From contig OY762428.1 of the NCBI GenBank assembly GCA_963665665.1, forward strand, positions 4,832,001 to 4,896,000: DNA of 64,000 nt, written 5' to 3'. This DNA is from Candidatus Kapaibacterium sp. Its GTDB lineage: Bacteria; Bacteroidota; Ignavibacteria; Kapaibacteriales; UBA2268. The position numbers and the translations under genes are program-made. Under the pieces are notes generated by a model. The model saw only the letters and a program-made list of their open reading frames with translations, had not been told where the DNA came from and searched no databases. Positions 10,018 through 21,235 of the stretch are shown here, in pieces. The stretch's first letter is position 1, and each line of letters begins with the position of its first letter.

Positions 10018-10884
10018 TCATATTTTTTTATACATGGCCGGGCTGACATAACTAAACGAGCTATCCAGGCTTTGTAATGTCTCGGAATGGCCAATGAACA
10101 AATAGCCATCCGGCCTGACAAATTTATAGAATTTGTCTACCAATTCCTGACGTGTAGGCAAATCAAAATATATCATTACATTTCTACAGAATATGCTGTG
10201 GAATTGCTTCTTAAACGGAAATTGCTTATTCATCAGGTTAAATCTTCTGAAAATTACTTCCGACCTTACGGTATTGGAAATTTCCCAATTGCCGTCAGGC
10301 AATTTATTGAAATATTTTTTCTTAAAATATTGCGGTAGTTCGTTAATTCTCTCATCAGAATAGACCCCTTGAATAGCTTTGTTCAGAGCATCTTCGGAAA
10401 TATCAGTAGCAAGAACTCCGGAATTATATTTTCCATAATTTTTTCCAAAATATTCCATCATCAGAATAACCAGCATATAAGGTTCTTCTCCACTGGAACA
10501 GCCGGCGCTCCAAATCCTGATATCATTTGATTTTTCAAGTTTACATTGGTTTTCGATTTCAGGTAAAACAATTTTTTGAAAATAATCGAAATGATCTTTT
10601 TCCCTGTAAAAAAAAGTATGGTTGGTTGAAATTGTATTGGCAAGTGTACTAAGGGCGTGGCCGCTTTTATCTTTCAACACGTAATCATAATAATCAGAGA
10701 ATGTATTAAATTTCTCCTTCCTGAGTAATTTCTGAAGCCTTCCCGATACAAGAGCTCTTTTCTCCTCGGTAAGATTTATACCAAGTTTGTCATAAACCAA
10801 CTTCCTGATCGCATCAAATTCCTTATTTGTAATTTCTATCCAACTTTGGGATTTAATTTCAGAGAAATTATCCTTTTTATTCAT
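10018..10884 (-). CDS. cheR: Chemotaxis methyltransferase CheR
   Basis: TNHTFFYRE, WSAGCSSGEEPY, ATDIS, IFCRNVMIYF, GHSETL. Confidence 0.97.
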   Translation of the reverse strand: MNKKDNFSEIKSQSWIEITNKEFDAIRKLVYDKLGINLTEEKRALVSGRLQKLLRKEKFNTFSDYYDYVLKDKSGHALSTLANTISTNHTFFYREKDHFDYFQKIVLPEIENQCKLEKSNDIRIWSAGCSSGEEPYMLVILMMEYFGKNYGKYNSGVLATDISEDALNKAIQGVYSDERINELPQYFKKKYFNKLPDGNWEISNTVRSEVIFRRFNLMNKQFPFKKQFHSIFCRNVMIYFDLPTRQELVDKFYKFVRPDGYLFIGHSETLQSLDSSFSYVSPAMYKKI

Positions 10885-10926
10885 AAATGCTCCGGGTTAT
10901 AATATTAAACAAAATTTCCAAAGCCC

Positions 10927-11451
10927 TTATGCATCTTTTTCTTCGCCATCGGTTTCAGTATCGGAATCCTTAGTATCATAAAGCAATTTTATTAAATCAA
11001 GCATAATTTTCACATCTTCATCAATGCGCCCGAGGGATTTAATAAACCTGCTTTTCGACCCCTTGCCGGTTTGCGGAGGAGGAAAGACCATATCTTCTTC
11101 AATTTTCATTACTTCGGAAACTTCATCTACGATAAGCCCGATTTGTGTATTATTTACATGGACAACAATAATGCAGGTCCTGTCATTATAATCAATTTCT
11201 TTCATTCCAAAACGAAGGCGTACCTCTACAACAGGAATAATTATCCCGCGAAGATTAATGATACCTTTGATAAATGATTTTATGTTAGGGATAGAAGTTA
11301 TCTTCTGAATACCAATAATTTCCCTTACATATTCAATTTCAATAGCATAAGATTCACCACCAATATAAAATGTAAGGTAACGATCTTTCAGGGTGTCTTC
11401 ATCCTCGTTGCCGACCAGATTCCGGGTGATTTCTTTAACTTTTTCTTCCAT
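10927..11451 (-). CDS. cheW: Chemotaxis coupling protein CheW
   Basis: YLTFYIGGESYAI, VREII, GIINLRG, GLIVDEVSEV. Confidence 0.95.
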   Translation of the reverse strand: MEEKVKEITRNLVGNEDEDTLKDRYLTFYIGGESYAIEIEYVREIIGIQKITSIPNIKSFIKGIINLRGIIIPVVEVRLRFGMKEIDYNDRTCIIVVHVNNTQIGLIVDEVSEVMKIEEDMVFPPPQTGKGSKSRFIKSLGRIDEDVKIMLDLIKLLYDTKDSDTETDGEEKDA

Positions 11452-11493
11452 TGTATCCCCTGTTTTTTGTTAAGTTTAAGGATAATAGTTGAT

Positions 11494-13848
11494 TTAATTA
11501 TGATATTCAAAATGTTCAAATCCCATTTCATTGATTATTTCGGGATTTTCTGCAAAAATCACAAGACTTTCCAGGTCGATAATCAATCCGATACCTCCGT
11601 CGCCGGTAATCATACACCCGGTAATACCCGGAACTTTTCCAATATAATCAGAAAGCCCCTTGATTACTGCCTGTTGCTGCCCGATTATTTCATCTGCAAA
11701 AAGGCACATTTGTTTTTCTTTGTGCTCGATCATTATTAATAAGCCATCATCCAGATTTTTATTTGGTGTGTTGATATTAAATAATTCATGCAAACGTATT
11801 ACCGGCATAACTTCTTCTCGTACCTTAACAACTTCCAGTCCGTCCATTGTTTTGGTAATCATTCCTTTTTGTGTTCGGAACGACTCCTGAAGAGCTAATA
11901 TAGGCAAAGCAAAAATGCTTTCACCAATTCGTATAAGCATTGCCTCCATTATGGCCAATGTCAGCGGTATTCTCAGGGTTATTACCGAACCCCTGTCCTG
12001 CTCAGTATCAACGGTAACTGAACCGCGAAGCTTTTCGATATTCTTTTTAACAACGTCCATACCTACCCCTCTGCCGGAAATATCAGTTACTTCCTGGGCA
12101 GTGGAAAATCCCGGTTCGAATATCAAAGCAGCAATTTCCCTGTTGCTCATAAGTTCCGGATCACTATTGATCAGGCCTTTTTCCATTGCTTTTTTAAGAA
12201 CGGCCTCTCTATTTATTCCTTTGCCGTCATCTTTAACAATTATCAATATTTCATTTCCCTCATATCTTGCAGATAGAGATACTTTTCCGGTCTCGTCTTT
12301 ACCGGACGTAATTCGATCCTCGGGGGGTTCAATACCATGATCAATAGCATTCCTTAGGATATGAACAAGTGGATCTGCAATTTCATCGATCACGTTTTTA
12401 TCCATTTCCGTTTCCTGGCCTGAGATCGAAAAATCAACTTTTTTACCCATCTTTATAGAAACATCTCTTACAAGCCTCTTCATTTTATTAAATAGTCCTT
12501 CAAGAGGCATCATACGTATGGACATGGATATTTCCTGCAACTCCCTGGTGATCTTATTCAGCATATTAGCAGATTTTGAGAAATTCGGGAGATCAAGCCC
12601 TTTAAGGTCAACATTATTTGTAACCATAGTTTCTATAGTAATTAACTCACCTACCAGATCAAAAAGTTTATCAATTTTGTTTGTTTCCACCCTGATATCC
12701 TTGCGTTGCATCGCAGGCATTCTGGTTTGTTTTTTGGCAGGTTGAGCCTTTGAAGCTGCGGGCTTAGATTTTTTCTCTTTTGCTTCCTTAGCTGCTTTCT
12801 CCTTATTTATATTTTTTTCCTTAGTTTCTTCCTTAGCAGTTTCGGGTTTGTTGTCTTTTGCAGTTTTATCCTTGGGTTTTGAATCTTCTTGTGTTTCTTC
12901 AGCATTTTGCTGGTTTACTTTTTCAACCATTGCATCTATTCGGTTACGTATCTGCTCAATCTGGCTGAGAAGAACCGAGATGATGTTCTGGTCGATATCT
13001 AGTTCATTGTTCCTGATCGAGTCAAGTATGGTTTCCACATCCATTGAAATTTCTTCAATTTCTGAAAATCCCATGAAACCGCTATTTCCTTTCAGGCTGT
13101 GAATAGCACCGAATGTTTCTTGTACCAGGCTGGAAAGTGTCGGATCTTTTTCCAGTTCTAACAGATTTTTATCAATTATATCAAGCAATTCGTAACTATT
13201 TGTTGAATATTGATCGAACATATCACTTGAAAGCAAATCAGCCAACTCAGTATCCTGATCTAAATCAATATCGATCTTGCTATTGTCTTCCAGAAGATTT
13301 GGTTCTTGTTCTGTTTCATCGACAATTTCCTCAATAATTTCACTATCATCAGGAATTTCTTCAATAATTTCGGAATCCATATCTTCGGATATTTCTTCTA
13401 TTGGCGCAGTATCTCCTCCCTGAACAGTATTTAAACAATCCTTAACTATCAGGATCATATCTTCGGCTTCTTCGTTTCCGCTAATGTCGGTGAAATCAGT
13501 TGATACTCGTTGTAGCAGATCTCTGAGGAAATCGAAAGTCTGATATATAACAGTAATTGTATCTTCGGACTGAGGCTGATTTTGTTTTCTCATTATATCA
13601 AGAAGAGTTTCAGCTTCATGAGTAACCCGGTTGATCACTTTCATTTCAAAAAATCCTGAAAGCCCTTTCAGGGTATGGAAAACCCTGAATATAGCATTCA
13701 CAGATTCTTCATTATTCTCTTCCCGTAGATCTTCAACAATAGGTTCGTTTGTATCCAGCGAATCAAAAGCTTCGGATACAAATGATCTCAGCATTTCCTG
13801 TGTTTCAGGGTCAACGTTTGTTCCTTCTAAGTTATCGGTATCACTCAT
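11494..13848 (-). CDS. cheA: CheA kinase with two HPt (P1) domains; probable start MSDTDN at 13848 (ORF track extends to 14019)
   Basis: IFRVFHTLKG and FGAIHSLKG HPt motifs; IRVE..KIDKLFDLVGEL dimerisation domain; HILRNAIDHGIE, DDGKG, PGFSTA..SGRGVGMDVV; C-terminal CheW-like P5. Confidence 0.96.
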   Translation of the reverse strand: MSDTDNLEGTNVDPETQEMLRSFVSEAFDSLDTNEPIVEDLREENNEESVNAIFRVFHTLKGLSGFFEMKVINRVTHEAETLLDIMRKQNQPQSEDTITVIYQTFDFLRDLLQRVSTDFTDISGNEEAEDMILIVKDCLNTVQGGDTAPIEEISEDMDSEIIEEIPDDSEIIEEIVDETEQEPNLLEDNSKIDIDLDQDTELADLLSSDMFDQYSTNSYELLDIIDKNLLELEKDPTLSSLVQETFGAIHSLKGNSGFMGFSEIEEISMDVETILDSIRNNELDIDQNIISVLLSQIEQIRNRIDAMVEKVNQQNAEETQEDSKPKDKTAKDNKPETAKEETKEKNINKEKAAKEAKEKKSKPAASKAQPAKKQTRMPAMQRKDIRVETNKIDKLFDLVGELITIETMVTNNVDLKGLDLPNFSKSANMLNKITRELQEISMSIRMMPLEGLFNKMKRLVRDVSIKMGKKVDFSISGQETEMDKNVIDEIADPLVHILRNAIDHGIEPPEDRITSGKDETGKVSLSARYEGNEILIIVKDDGKGINREAVLKKAMEKGLINSDPELMSNREIAALIFEPGFSTAQEVTDISGRGVGMDVVKKNIEKLRGSVTVDTEQDRGSVITLRIPLTLAIMEAMLIRIGESIFALPILALQESFRTQKGMITKTMDGLEVVKVREEVMPVIRLHELFNINTPNKNLDDGLLIMIEHKEKQMCLFADEIIGQQQAVIKGLSDYIGKVPGITGCMITGDGGIGLIIDLESLVIFAENPEIINEMGFEHFEYHN

Positions 13849-14076
13849 ATTACATCTTACTAAGGTGGATAATACTGCCAATAATGAAAAAAATCCGGAT
13901 TTAAAAAAATCAGGTTCCACTAAATGATAATTAATTTTCAAATCAAATGCAAAATTTCTAATATAATTACAAAACTGTAATTCTTTGTGTAATGTATAAT
14001 TTTTTTTCAATATTTTCAAACAAAACTATTCATTTCTGAATATTTTATTAATAAAACATCAAATAAAACTAAAAAT

Positions 14077-14835
14077 TTATTTTTTGGAGTAATCATATCT
14101 TTCCAACTTAAATGTTTCTCCGAGATATAATTTCCTTACTTCCTCATTCGATGCAATATCTTCAGCCGAGCCGGAAGTATAGATATTGCCATCGATCAAT
14201 ATGTATGCCCTGTCGGTAATTGAAAGTGTTTCGTGAACATTATGATCTGTGATCAGCACTCCGATACCCTGATGTTTTAATTCTCCAACCATCTTCATAA
14301 TATCTTCAACAGCTATAGGGTCGATACCGGCAAAAGGTTCGTCAAGCAAAATAAATTTCGGGTCAGAAGCCAGGGCTCTTGCTATTTCGCATCGCCTTCG
14401 TTCGCCTCCGGAAAGCATATAGCCCTTGCTTTTCCTTATATGGGTTATCCTGAAACTTTCCAGAAGTTCTTCAAGCTTTTCCTTTCTTCTTTTTCTGTTC
14501 ATTTTCTGTAGTTTCAGAATTGCGTAAATATTTTTTTCAACCGATAATTTCCTGAAAACAGATGCTTCCTGTGGGAGGTAGCTAATTCCCAGACGTGAGC
14601 GTTGATACATTGCCTTGGATGTTATAGGCAGCTGGTTCAGTTTTACAATTCCCTCATTGGGTTTGATCATACCTACTATCATGTAAAAAGTAGTGGTTTT
14701 TCCCGCGCCATTTGGCCCGAGTAATCCAACAACTTCACCCTGTCTTACTTCAAGAGAAACACCTTTTACAACAGTTCTCCGGTTATATTTTTTAATTAAA
14801 TTTTCTGCTTTTAAAAAACTTTGTTTTTCATCCAT
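14077..14835 (-). CDS. lptB: LPS export ABC transporter ATP-binding protein (probable start MDEKQ)
   Basis: [64 protein letters not shown]. Confidence 0.95.
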   Translation of the reverse strand: MDEKQSFLKAENLIKKYNRRTVVKGVSLEVRQGEVVGLLGPNGAGKTTTFYMIVGMIKPNEGIVKLNQLPITSKAMYQRSRLGISYLPQEASVFRKLSVEKNIYAILKLQKMNRKRRKEKLEELLESFRITHIRKSKGYMLSGGERRRCEIARALASDPKFILLDEPFAGIDPIAVEDIMKMVGELKHQGIGVLITDHNVHETLSITDRAYILIDGNIYTSGSAEDIASNEEVRKLYLGETFKLERYDYSKK

Positions 14836-14836
14836 A

Positions 14837-16063
14837 TTATCGTTTGACCTGCTCAAGTTTAAGTGATTTATTTAATATTTTGTTATCTCTTAATATCTTC
14901 ATGTTCATTTCCTGCCCAACAAATCCGTCATTTACAACTACCATGAAATCATCGCTATCCTCAACTTTTATGCCATCAATTTCAATAACAATATCACCCG
15001 GCTCGATACCTGCTTTTTCAGCAGGAGAAGAACGGTAAATATTCACAACAACTACACCATTCTTGGAATCAAGTTTGAAATAATTTGCAATTCTGTCATC
15101 AATAGCCCTTACTTCCATCCCTGTATAGTAATTTCTGTTAATTACCTGGTCTTCTTTAAGGATGTTTACAATTTTCTTAACCCTGTTGATAGGTATGGAA
15201 AAACCAATACCAATGCTGCCTGCTCCCTGATTATTCTGTGCCGTTGAAAATATTACTGTATTCATTCCAACAACCTGGCCAAGAGCGTTTACAAGCGGCC
15301 CGCCTGAATTTCCGGAACTTATGGCTGCATCTGTTTGAATCATTCCTCGGTACACTCTGTTATCCTGCATGAAATCGATACCATAATTGGAAATAACACC
15401 AACTGTTACTGTTGGCCTGGCATTAATATTAAATAACCCGAATGGATTGCCAAAGGCTATAACCCATTCACCTGTAATTATTTCATCGGAATCAGCCATT
15501 TCAAGGTAGGGGAAATTTTCTCCTTCGATTTTAAGAAGAGCAACATCACTTACTCTGTCGGATCCGATAATTTCAGCATCGTATTTTTCTCCGTTCGTCA
15601 TTGTAATAACAATTTTAGAGGCATGGCCTGCAACATGATGGTTTGTAAGTATATAGCCGTCAGGAGAAATGATAAAACCTGAACCGACGCCACTAACCTC
15701 ATACTCTTTGTATCTTGGCTTTCTTTTATTACCAAAAAAATATCTGAATAAAGGATCATTAAAAAAAGGATCGCGATATTGAACTCTTTTTACTTCTGTA
15801 ACATTTATTCCGACAATTGCCGGGCATGATTTTTCGACGGCAGATGTTATAGCATTAGAACGTGATGAATTAATTCTTTTGTTCATTTTTTCCAGTTCTT
15901 CTACTTCATTCTCGTTATACTCAGCTTCAGCAAAAATCTCGGTGTTTTTTTGTTTCCCGATATTTATCTGCTCATCTGAAGCTTTGTTTTCCTGGGAATT
16001 GCAAGACGTATTAATTAAAATCATAGAAATTAAAAGAATTCCGAATTTTAATGCTCTTTCCAT
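14837..16063 (-). CDS. HtrA/DegP-family serine protease with one PDZ domain, probable lipoprotein
   Basis: [33 protein letters not shown]; [15 protein letters not shown]; possible lipobox NTSC. Confidence 0.93.
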   Translation of the reverse strand: MERALKFGILLISMILINTSCNSQENKASDEQINIGKQKNTEIFAEAEYNENEVEELEKMNKRINSSRSNAITSAVEKSCPAIVGINVTEVKRVQYRDPFFNDPLFRYFFGNKRKPRYKEYEVSGVGSGFIISPDGYILTNHHVAGHASKIVITMTNGEKYDAEIIGSDRVSDVALLKIEGENFPYLEMADSDEIITGEWVIAFGNPFGLFNINARPTVTVGVISNYGIDFMQDNRVYRGMIQTDAAISSGNSGGPLVNALGQVVGMNTVIFSTAQNNQGAGSIGIGFSIPINRVKKIVNILKEDQVINRNYYTGMEVRAIDDRIANYFKLDSKNGVVVVNIYRSSPAEKAGIEPGDIVIEIDGIKVEDSDDFMVVVNDGFVGQEMNMKILRDNKILNKSLKLEQVKR

Positions 16064-16205
16064 AACTTTCTCCCAAATAATTACTTATTTAATAATGATA
16101 AATAATAATAATCAAATTTTAATGTTTAAACGAAATAATCTTAAAAAAATTTATCCTCTTTTTTTATCTTAGCTGTTACTAAAGTAAGGAATTTTTGAAT
16201 AGGAA

Positions 16206-18722
16206 ATGACAAAAACAGTAAAAATAGCTTTACCAATTCCGTCAGACAGGTTGTTTACGTATCTTGTCGGTGATATAATTTACGAAGAATTGATCGGAAA
16301 AAGGGTTCTGGTGAATTTCGGAAAGAGAATTCTAACAGGAATAATCACTGAAATATCGGAAACCAATGATGATTCAAAACTTAAAGAAATTATTGAAGTT
16401 CTTGATGAGAAACCGGCTTTTTCGTCAAAAATGCTAAAATTTACCCGCTGGGTTGCTAAATATTATTATGCTTCATGGGGAGAAACACTTCATGCTGCAC
16501 TTCCTCAGGGCATGAGTCCAAAAAATATGCTAAAAATCTCGCTTTACTCTGATTATGACAGGGAATATATTCAGCAGATAAAATCCAGCGCCCCAAAAAG
16601 AGCAGCGCTGCTGGATATTATCATTAAGAAGGATACTCCACTATCGGTAGGATACTTGCAAAATGAGCTTGGAAGCGAGAATATTTCACATCAGCTTCAG
16701 GCTTTAGACCAGGCGGGAATTATTCACCTGGAGCGGTATGTTGAAAAAGAAATAAAAAGCAAAACTCAGAAAGCCGTGAAACTTCCTGATTCGCTGATAA
16801 ACGATAAAGATAAACTTAACAGCGTTTTGGCTGAACTGGATGAAAAAGCATTTAAGCAGGGGCTTTTTCTTAGCCATGTTTACTTATCAACTTTTAACAG
16901 CAGAGAGCCATTATTATTGTCGAAGGCGCTCGAAGACACGGCGGTATCTTCGTCCACTGCAAATACTCTGAAGAAAAAAGGGCTTATTGAAATTTTTCAG
17001 GCTGAAATTGATCGCAGCCAGAGTGTTTTCGAAGGAGAGAAACTCAGCGATTTTAACGAACTTGATCATATGCTGAACCAGGAACAAAGCGAAGCTCTTA
17101 AAATAATTAACCAATCTGCAGGAAAACAGGGTTTTGATACTTTCCTGGTGCACGGAATTACCGGAAGCGGCAAAACCTTGATTTACCTGCATGCAATTAA
17201 AAAAGCGATTGACGCAGGAAAAAATGCCCTGATTTTAGTTCCAGAAATTTCCCTTACCCCGCAGTTGACTGATAGATTCGAAAAATCATTCCCGGGATTA
17301 ATGTCTGTGCTACATAGCAAAATGTCCGATGGTGAACGTTATGATTCCTGGAGAAAGATTAGCAACGGTAACAGCAGAATTGTTCTCGGAGCAAGGTCGG
17401 CTGTTTTCGCACCTCTGGAGAATATCGGGATAATAATTGTTGACGAAGAGCATGAGCCATCATACAAACAGGACGCCAAGAGGCCCAGATATCATGGGCG
17501 GGATTGTGCTATTGTCAGGGGAAAAATGGAGAATTGCACGGTTCTGCTTGGATCTGCAACTCCTTCTACTGAATCAATGAACAATGCACTGTCGGGAAAA
17601 TTCAAACTGATCAAACTTATCAAAAGGGGAGACGGAGCCTCTTATCCTGATATTGATATAATTGATATGAAGGAAGAGAAGAAATCAGGAGCTGTGAAGG
17701 GAAACTTTTCTATTAGATTGCTAAAAGAAATTATTGACCGGGTAAATCGTAAGGAAGGAGTTATACTATTCCAGAACCGGCGTGGATATTCCTCCTACCT
17801 TGAATGCAGCGACTGTGCGGATATACCGATGTGCGAGAACTGTTCTGTATCCCTTACATACCACAAAAAAATTGATTTACTGCGTTGCCATTATTGCGGA
17901 TATACTGTAAAAGCTTTTAAAACCTGCCGTGCCTGCGGATTCCCGGAAATGAAAGAAGTCGGAAGCGGCACGCAGAAAATCGAGGACGAACTTGCAGAAG
18001 CTCTGAAAAATATGGGTTGCGATGCAAAAATTGTTAGAATGGACCTGGACACAACATCAAAAAAGGGATCACACAGGAAAATATTGAGTTCCTTTGCCAG
18101 GGGAGAGTCGGATATCTTGTTGGGGACTCAAATGGTTGCAAAAGGGCTCGATTTTTCCAGGGTAACGCTTGTCGGGGTAATCAATGCCGATCTCCAGCTT
18201 TACCTGCCGGACTTCCGGGCATCTGAAAGAGCCTTCCAATTATTAACCCAGGTTGCCGGGCGTTCAGGAAGAAAGGACGATATGCCAGGCAATGTATTGA
18301 TACAGACCAATCATCCTGACAATATGGTTCTGGATTATGTTCAAAGTGGCAGTTACATTGATTTTTTCAATAAGGAGATCAGGGAAAGAAAAAACTTATG
18401 GTTCCCACCCTTTTGCAGGCTCGTACTGATTGAATTCACAGGACGTGATGACAAGAAAACAGAATTGGCTGCCGAAGCATTCGGCTCTTTCCTTCCGGGA
18501 AAAAATAAATACCTGGTAAAATTTGGCCCAATGAGGCCGCAGATTTACAAGGTAAGAAACTGGTTCCGGCACATAATAATAATAAAAAATGATAAAAGCT
18601 CTGACCCCTCGGGAAACATCCTGAGGAAATATTTTGATCATGCTTTCGAAGAATATGGCAGAAAACACTCAACTTCTGCGGTTCGTATTAATATTGATAT
18701 TGATTCTTACTCATCAATCTGA
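16206..18722 (+). CDS. priA: Primosomal protein N' (replication restart helicase)
   Basis: HGITGSGKT, VPEISLTPQ, VDEEHE, four CxxC pairs, GTQMVAKGLDF, QVAGRSGR. Confidence 0.97.
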   Translation: MTKTVKIALPIPSDRLFTYLVGDIIYEELIGKRVLVNFGKRILTGIITEISETNDDSKLKEIIEVLDEKPAFSSKMLKFTRWVAKYYYASWGETLHAALPQGMSPKNMLKISLYSDYDREYIQQIKSSAPKRAALLDIIIKKDTPLSVGYLQNELGSENISHQLQALDQAGIIHLERYVEKEIKSKTQKAVKLPDSLINDKDKLNSVLAELDEKAFKQGLFLSHVYLSTFNSREPLLLSKALEDTAVSSSTANTLKKKGLIEIFQAEIDRSQSVFEGEKLSDFNELDHMLNQEQSEALKIINQSAGKQGFDTFLVHGITGSGKTLIYLHAIKKAIDAGKNALILVPEISLTPQLTDRFEKSFPGLMSVLHSKMSDGERYDSWRKISNGNSRIVLGARSAVFAPLENIGIIIVDEEHEPSYKQDAKRPRYHGRDCAIVRGKMENCTVLLGSATPSTESMNNALSGKFKLIKLIKRGDGASYPDIDIIDMKEEKKSGAVKGNFSIRLLKEIIDRVNRKEGVILFQNRRGYSSYLECSDCADIPMCENCSVSLTYHKKIDLLRCHYCGYTVKAFKTCRACGFPEMKEVGSGTQKIEDELAEALKNMGCDAKIVRMDLDTTSKKGSHRKILSSFARGESDILLGTQMVAKGLDFSRVTLVGVINADLQLYLPDFRASERAFQLLTQVAGRSGRKDDMPGNVLIQTNHPDNMVLDYVQSGSYIDFFNKEIRERKNLWFPPFCRLVLIEFTGRDDKKTELAAEAFGSFLPGKNKYLVKFGPMRPQIYKVRNWFRHIIIIKNDKSSDPSGNILRKYFDHAFEEYGRKHSTSAVRINIDIDSYSSI

Positions 18723-18731
18723 GATAACAAA

Positions 18732-19523
18732 ATGGCCTTTCCAAAAATTATGGGTATTCTGAATGTTACTCCCGACTCATTTTCCGACGGTGGCAAATAC
18801 AATAGTTTAGAGAAAGCAATAGCCCGTGCTGAGAAAATGATCCGTGACGGAGCTGATATAATTGATATCGGCGGTGAAAGCACCAGGCCCGGTGCAGATG
18901 AAGTTTCACCGGAAGAAGAAATTGAAAGGGTTATACCTGTAATATCATCGATTAAAAAGAAATTCCCAGGCATTGAAGTATCATGCGATACTACCAAGCA
19001 TGAAGTTGCAAATGCTGCTATCGCCGAGGGGGCAGATATTATTAACGATATCAGCGGCCTTGATTTTGACGAAAGGCTGGCCCATTTGGTTGCAAAGTAT
19101 AATAAATCGCTTGTAATAATGCATATTCAGGGGCGTCCAAGAACAATGCAGAATAACCCCGTTTATAAGAATGTTGTTGAAGATATATTTTCAATATTAG
19201 AAAAGAAAATTGCGTTTGCAAAATCTATCGGGGTGAAAAATGTAATAGCAGATGTCGGGATAGGGTTCGGAAAAACAGTTGAGCATAATATTGAATTGTT
19301 GAAAAATTACGACCGTTTCAATGGCTTAAAGGTTCCTTTGCTTCTTGGCATATCAAGAAAATCATTTATTGCCAAGACTCTTGGCATTGAAAATCCTGAG
19401 AAAAGGGATGTTCCTACGGCCTTAATTCATTCCCTGCTGATTAAAAAGAATATTGATATAATCAGGGTACATGATGTTGCTATGCACAATATGCTACGGC
19501 AGTTAAACGATATTCTTTCCTGA
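18732..19523 (+). CDS. folP: Dihydropteroate synthase
   Basis: MGILNVTPDSFSDGG, IGGESTRPG, INDISG, GIGFGK, SRKSF, RVHDV. Confidence 0.97.
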   Translation: MAFPKIMGILNVTPDSFSDGGKYNSLEKAIARAEKMIRDGADIIDIGGESTRPGADEVSPEEEIERVIPVISSIKKKFPGIEVSCDTTKHEVANAAIAEGADIINDISGLDFDERLAHLVAKYNKSLVIMHIQGRPRTMQNNPVYKNVVEDIFSILEKKIAFAKSIGVKNVIADVGIGFGKTVEHNIELLKNYDRFNGLKVPLLLGISRKSFIAKTLGIENPEKRDVPTALIHSLLIKKNIDIIRVHDVAMHNMLRQLNDILS

Positions 19524-19610
19524 CTTATCCTGCTAAACTATAAGTATTTTATAATAGCAGATTTGAAATAATCCACCAGATATTATATTGTCGATTTTTG
19601 GGCATTGTTT

Positions 19611-20153
19611 CTAACGTTTTATCACCCTGTCAGGGTTATTCTTTATAAAATCTTTCCAGTTCGACGGGCCTGCATTAATTTTACCGGCTTTCATAGAATG
19701 GCATATTGCAACTGCAAGAGCATCTGTCGAGTCAAAGAAATCCGGAGTTTCATCAATATTCAAAATTCGTTTTACCATAAAAGACACCTGTTCCTTGGAA
19801 GCGCTGCCGTTACCTGTTACCGATTTTTTAACTTCTTTCGGAGAGTATTCAAAAATTGCGGTTTCATAAAGAGAGGCTGCCAGCATTGCCACACCACGTG
19901 CATGAGCAAGCTTCATCAGAGATTGGGCATTCTTTGAGTAAAACATAGTTTCAAAGGCGGCAATTTCAGGGCTGGTACGCTCAAGAACCTGTTCCAGCCT
20001 GAGGAATATCTCAGTAAGCCGGGCAGGTATTGTCTTGTGTTTTCTCGCAGCTTTTACCACGCCGTATTCAATTAGTTGAATTCCGGTTTTGGTTTTATCT
20101 ATAACGCCGTATCCGCAGATCAGCGAGCCGGGATCTATACCAAGTATTCTCAA
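19611..20153 (-). CDS. ruvC: Holliday junction resolvase
   Basis: ILGIDPG, HARGV, EYSPKEVKKSVTGNGSASKEQV, DSTDALAVAICH. Confidence 0.97.
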   Translation of the reverse strand: MRILGIDPGSLICGYGVIDKTKTGIQLIEYGVVKAARKHKTIPARLTEIFLRLEQVLERTSPEIAAFETMFYSKNAQSLMKLAHARGVAMLAASLYETAIFEYSPKEVKKSVTGNGSASKEQVSFMVKRILNIDETPDFFDSTDALAVAICHSMKAGKINAGPSNWKDFIKNNPDRVIKR

Positions 20154-20166
20154 AATATACCTTTAA

Positions 20167-20199
20167 ATAAAAATCCCCGAAACCTTATGTTTCGGGGAT
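20167..20199 (-). terminator. Intrinsic terminator-like hairpin between yebC and ruvC
   Basis: ATCCCCGAAAC...GTTTCGGGGAT stem followed by a T-tract on the minus strand. Confidence 0.6.
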
Positions 20200-20220
20200 A
20201 TGTTTACCAATATAATTATT

Positions 20221-20976
20221 TTATTCATTCTCAAGATCAGCAATAATTGAATCATCAAAATCAGCATTTGTAAATACGTTCTGCACGTCTTCATGATCTT
20301 CAAAATGATCGATAAACTTCATTACTTTTTTGGCATGATTTACGTCAGTAATATTTATTACATCCTTAGCGATATATTCAAGTTTACCTTCAGTTACTTC
20401 CAATTCCTTGTCCTGGAAGTATTTATTACATGCTCCGAAATCTTCCATCGAGCTTATGATACGTGTTGATGATTCATCATACTCCATATCCTCAGCGCCT
20501 GACTCAAGGACGTGCTCCATCATATCGTCTTCGGATATGTCGTTAGTATTAATTGTAATAACGCCCTTTCTGTCGAAGTTCCATGCCACGGCACCGCTAT
20601 CACCGAGGTTGCCGCCAAGTTTTGTAAACTGAGAACGAAGTTCTGCCACAGTACGGTTTTTGTTATCAGTAACAGTTTCCAGGATAACAGCCACACCATT
20701 GGGTGCGTATCCTTCGTATGTAATTTCTTCGTAGTTAACGCCTTCGATTTCGCCTGTACCTTTTTTGATTGCTCTTTTGATATTATCCATAGGCATATTT
20801 ACAGAACGTCCGTTCTGAACTGCAAGCCTCAGCCTGGGATTAGACTCAGGATCGCCACCGCCTTCACGTGATGCAATAGTGATCTCTTTTGCTATCCTGG
20901 TGAATATTTTACCTCTTTTGGCATCCTGCCTGCCTTTTCTATGCTTAATATTTGCCCATTTACTATGACCTGACAT
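20221..20976 (-). CDS. yebC: YebC/PmpR family protein
   Basis: MSGHSKWANIKHRK, NPRLRLA, YEGYAP, TDNKNRT, DVQNVFTN; classical linkage to ruvC. Confidence 0.96.
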   Translation of the reverse strand: MSGHSKWANIKHRKGRQDAKRGKIFTRIAKEITIASREGGGDPESNPRLRLAVQNGRSVNMPMDNIKRAIKKGTGEIEGVNYEEITYEGYAPNGVAVILETVTDNKNRTVAELRSQFTKLGGNLGDSGAVAWNFDRKGVITINTNDISEDDMMEHVLESGAEDMEYDESSTRIISSMEDFGACNKYFQDKELEVTEGKLEYIAKDVINITDVNHAKKVMKFIDHFEDHEDVQNVFTNADFDDSIIADLENE

Positions 20977-21235
20977 TATATCTCCAAAAAGAAAATTTTA
21001 CATAATTTATAATTATTATTCATAACTTATCAATATTAATAACCGGAAAATTACGCAATTTTCCCGAAAGAAAAAACCAATTTCAGGAAACAAATTATTG
21101 TGAATTTTTTGACTATCATTTTTATTCTTTAAAAGAAATTTCTTATATTCATTTATTCTAATTAGATTTATCACTCAGCTCAATTTTATTGAATCATTTG
21201 AAGTTGAGAGATAGTTATAATATCCCGGGGGTTAT

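Noticed and set aside
13849-14019. N-terminal extension of CheA
   Set aside because: AT-rich, promoter-like sequence; AAGATG-proximal ATG at 13848 directly precedes the acidic leader and the first HPt domain
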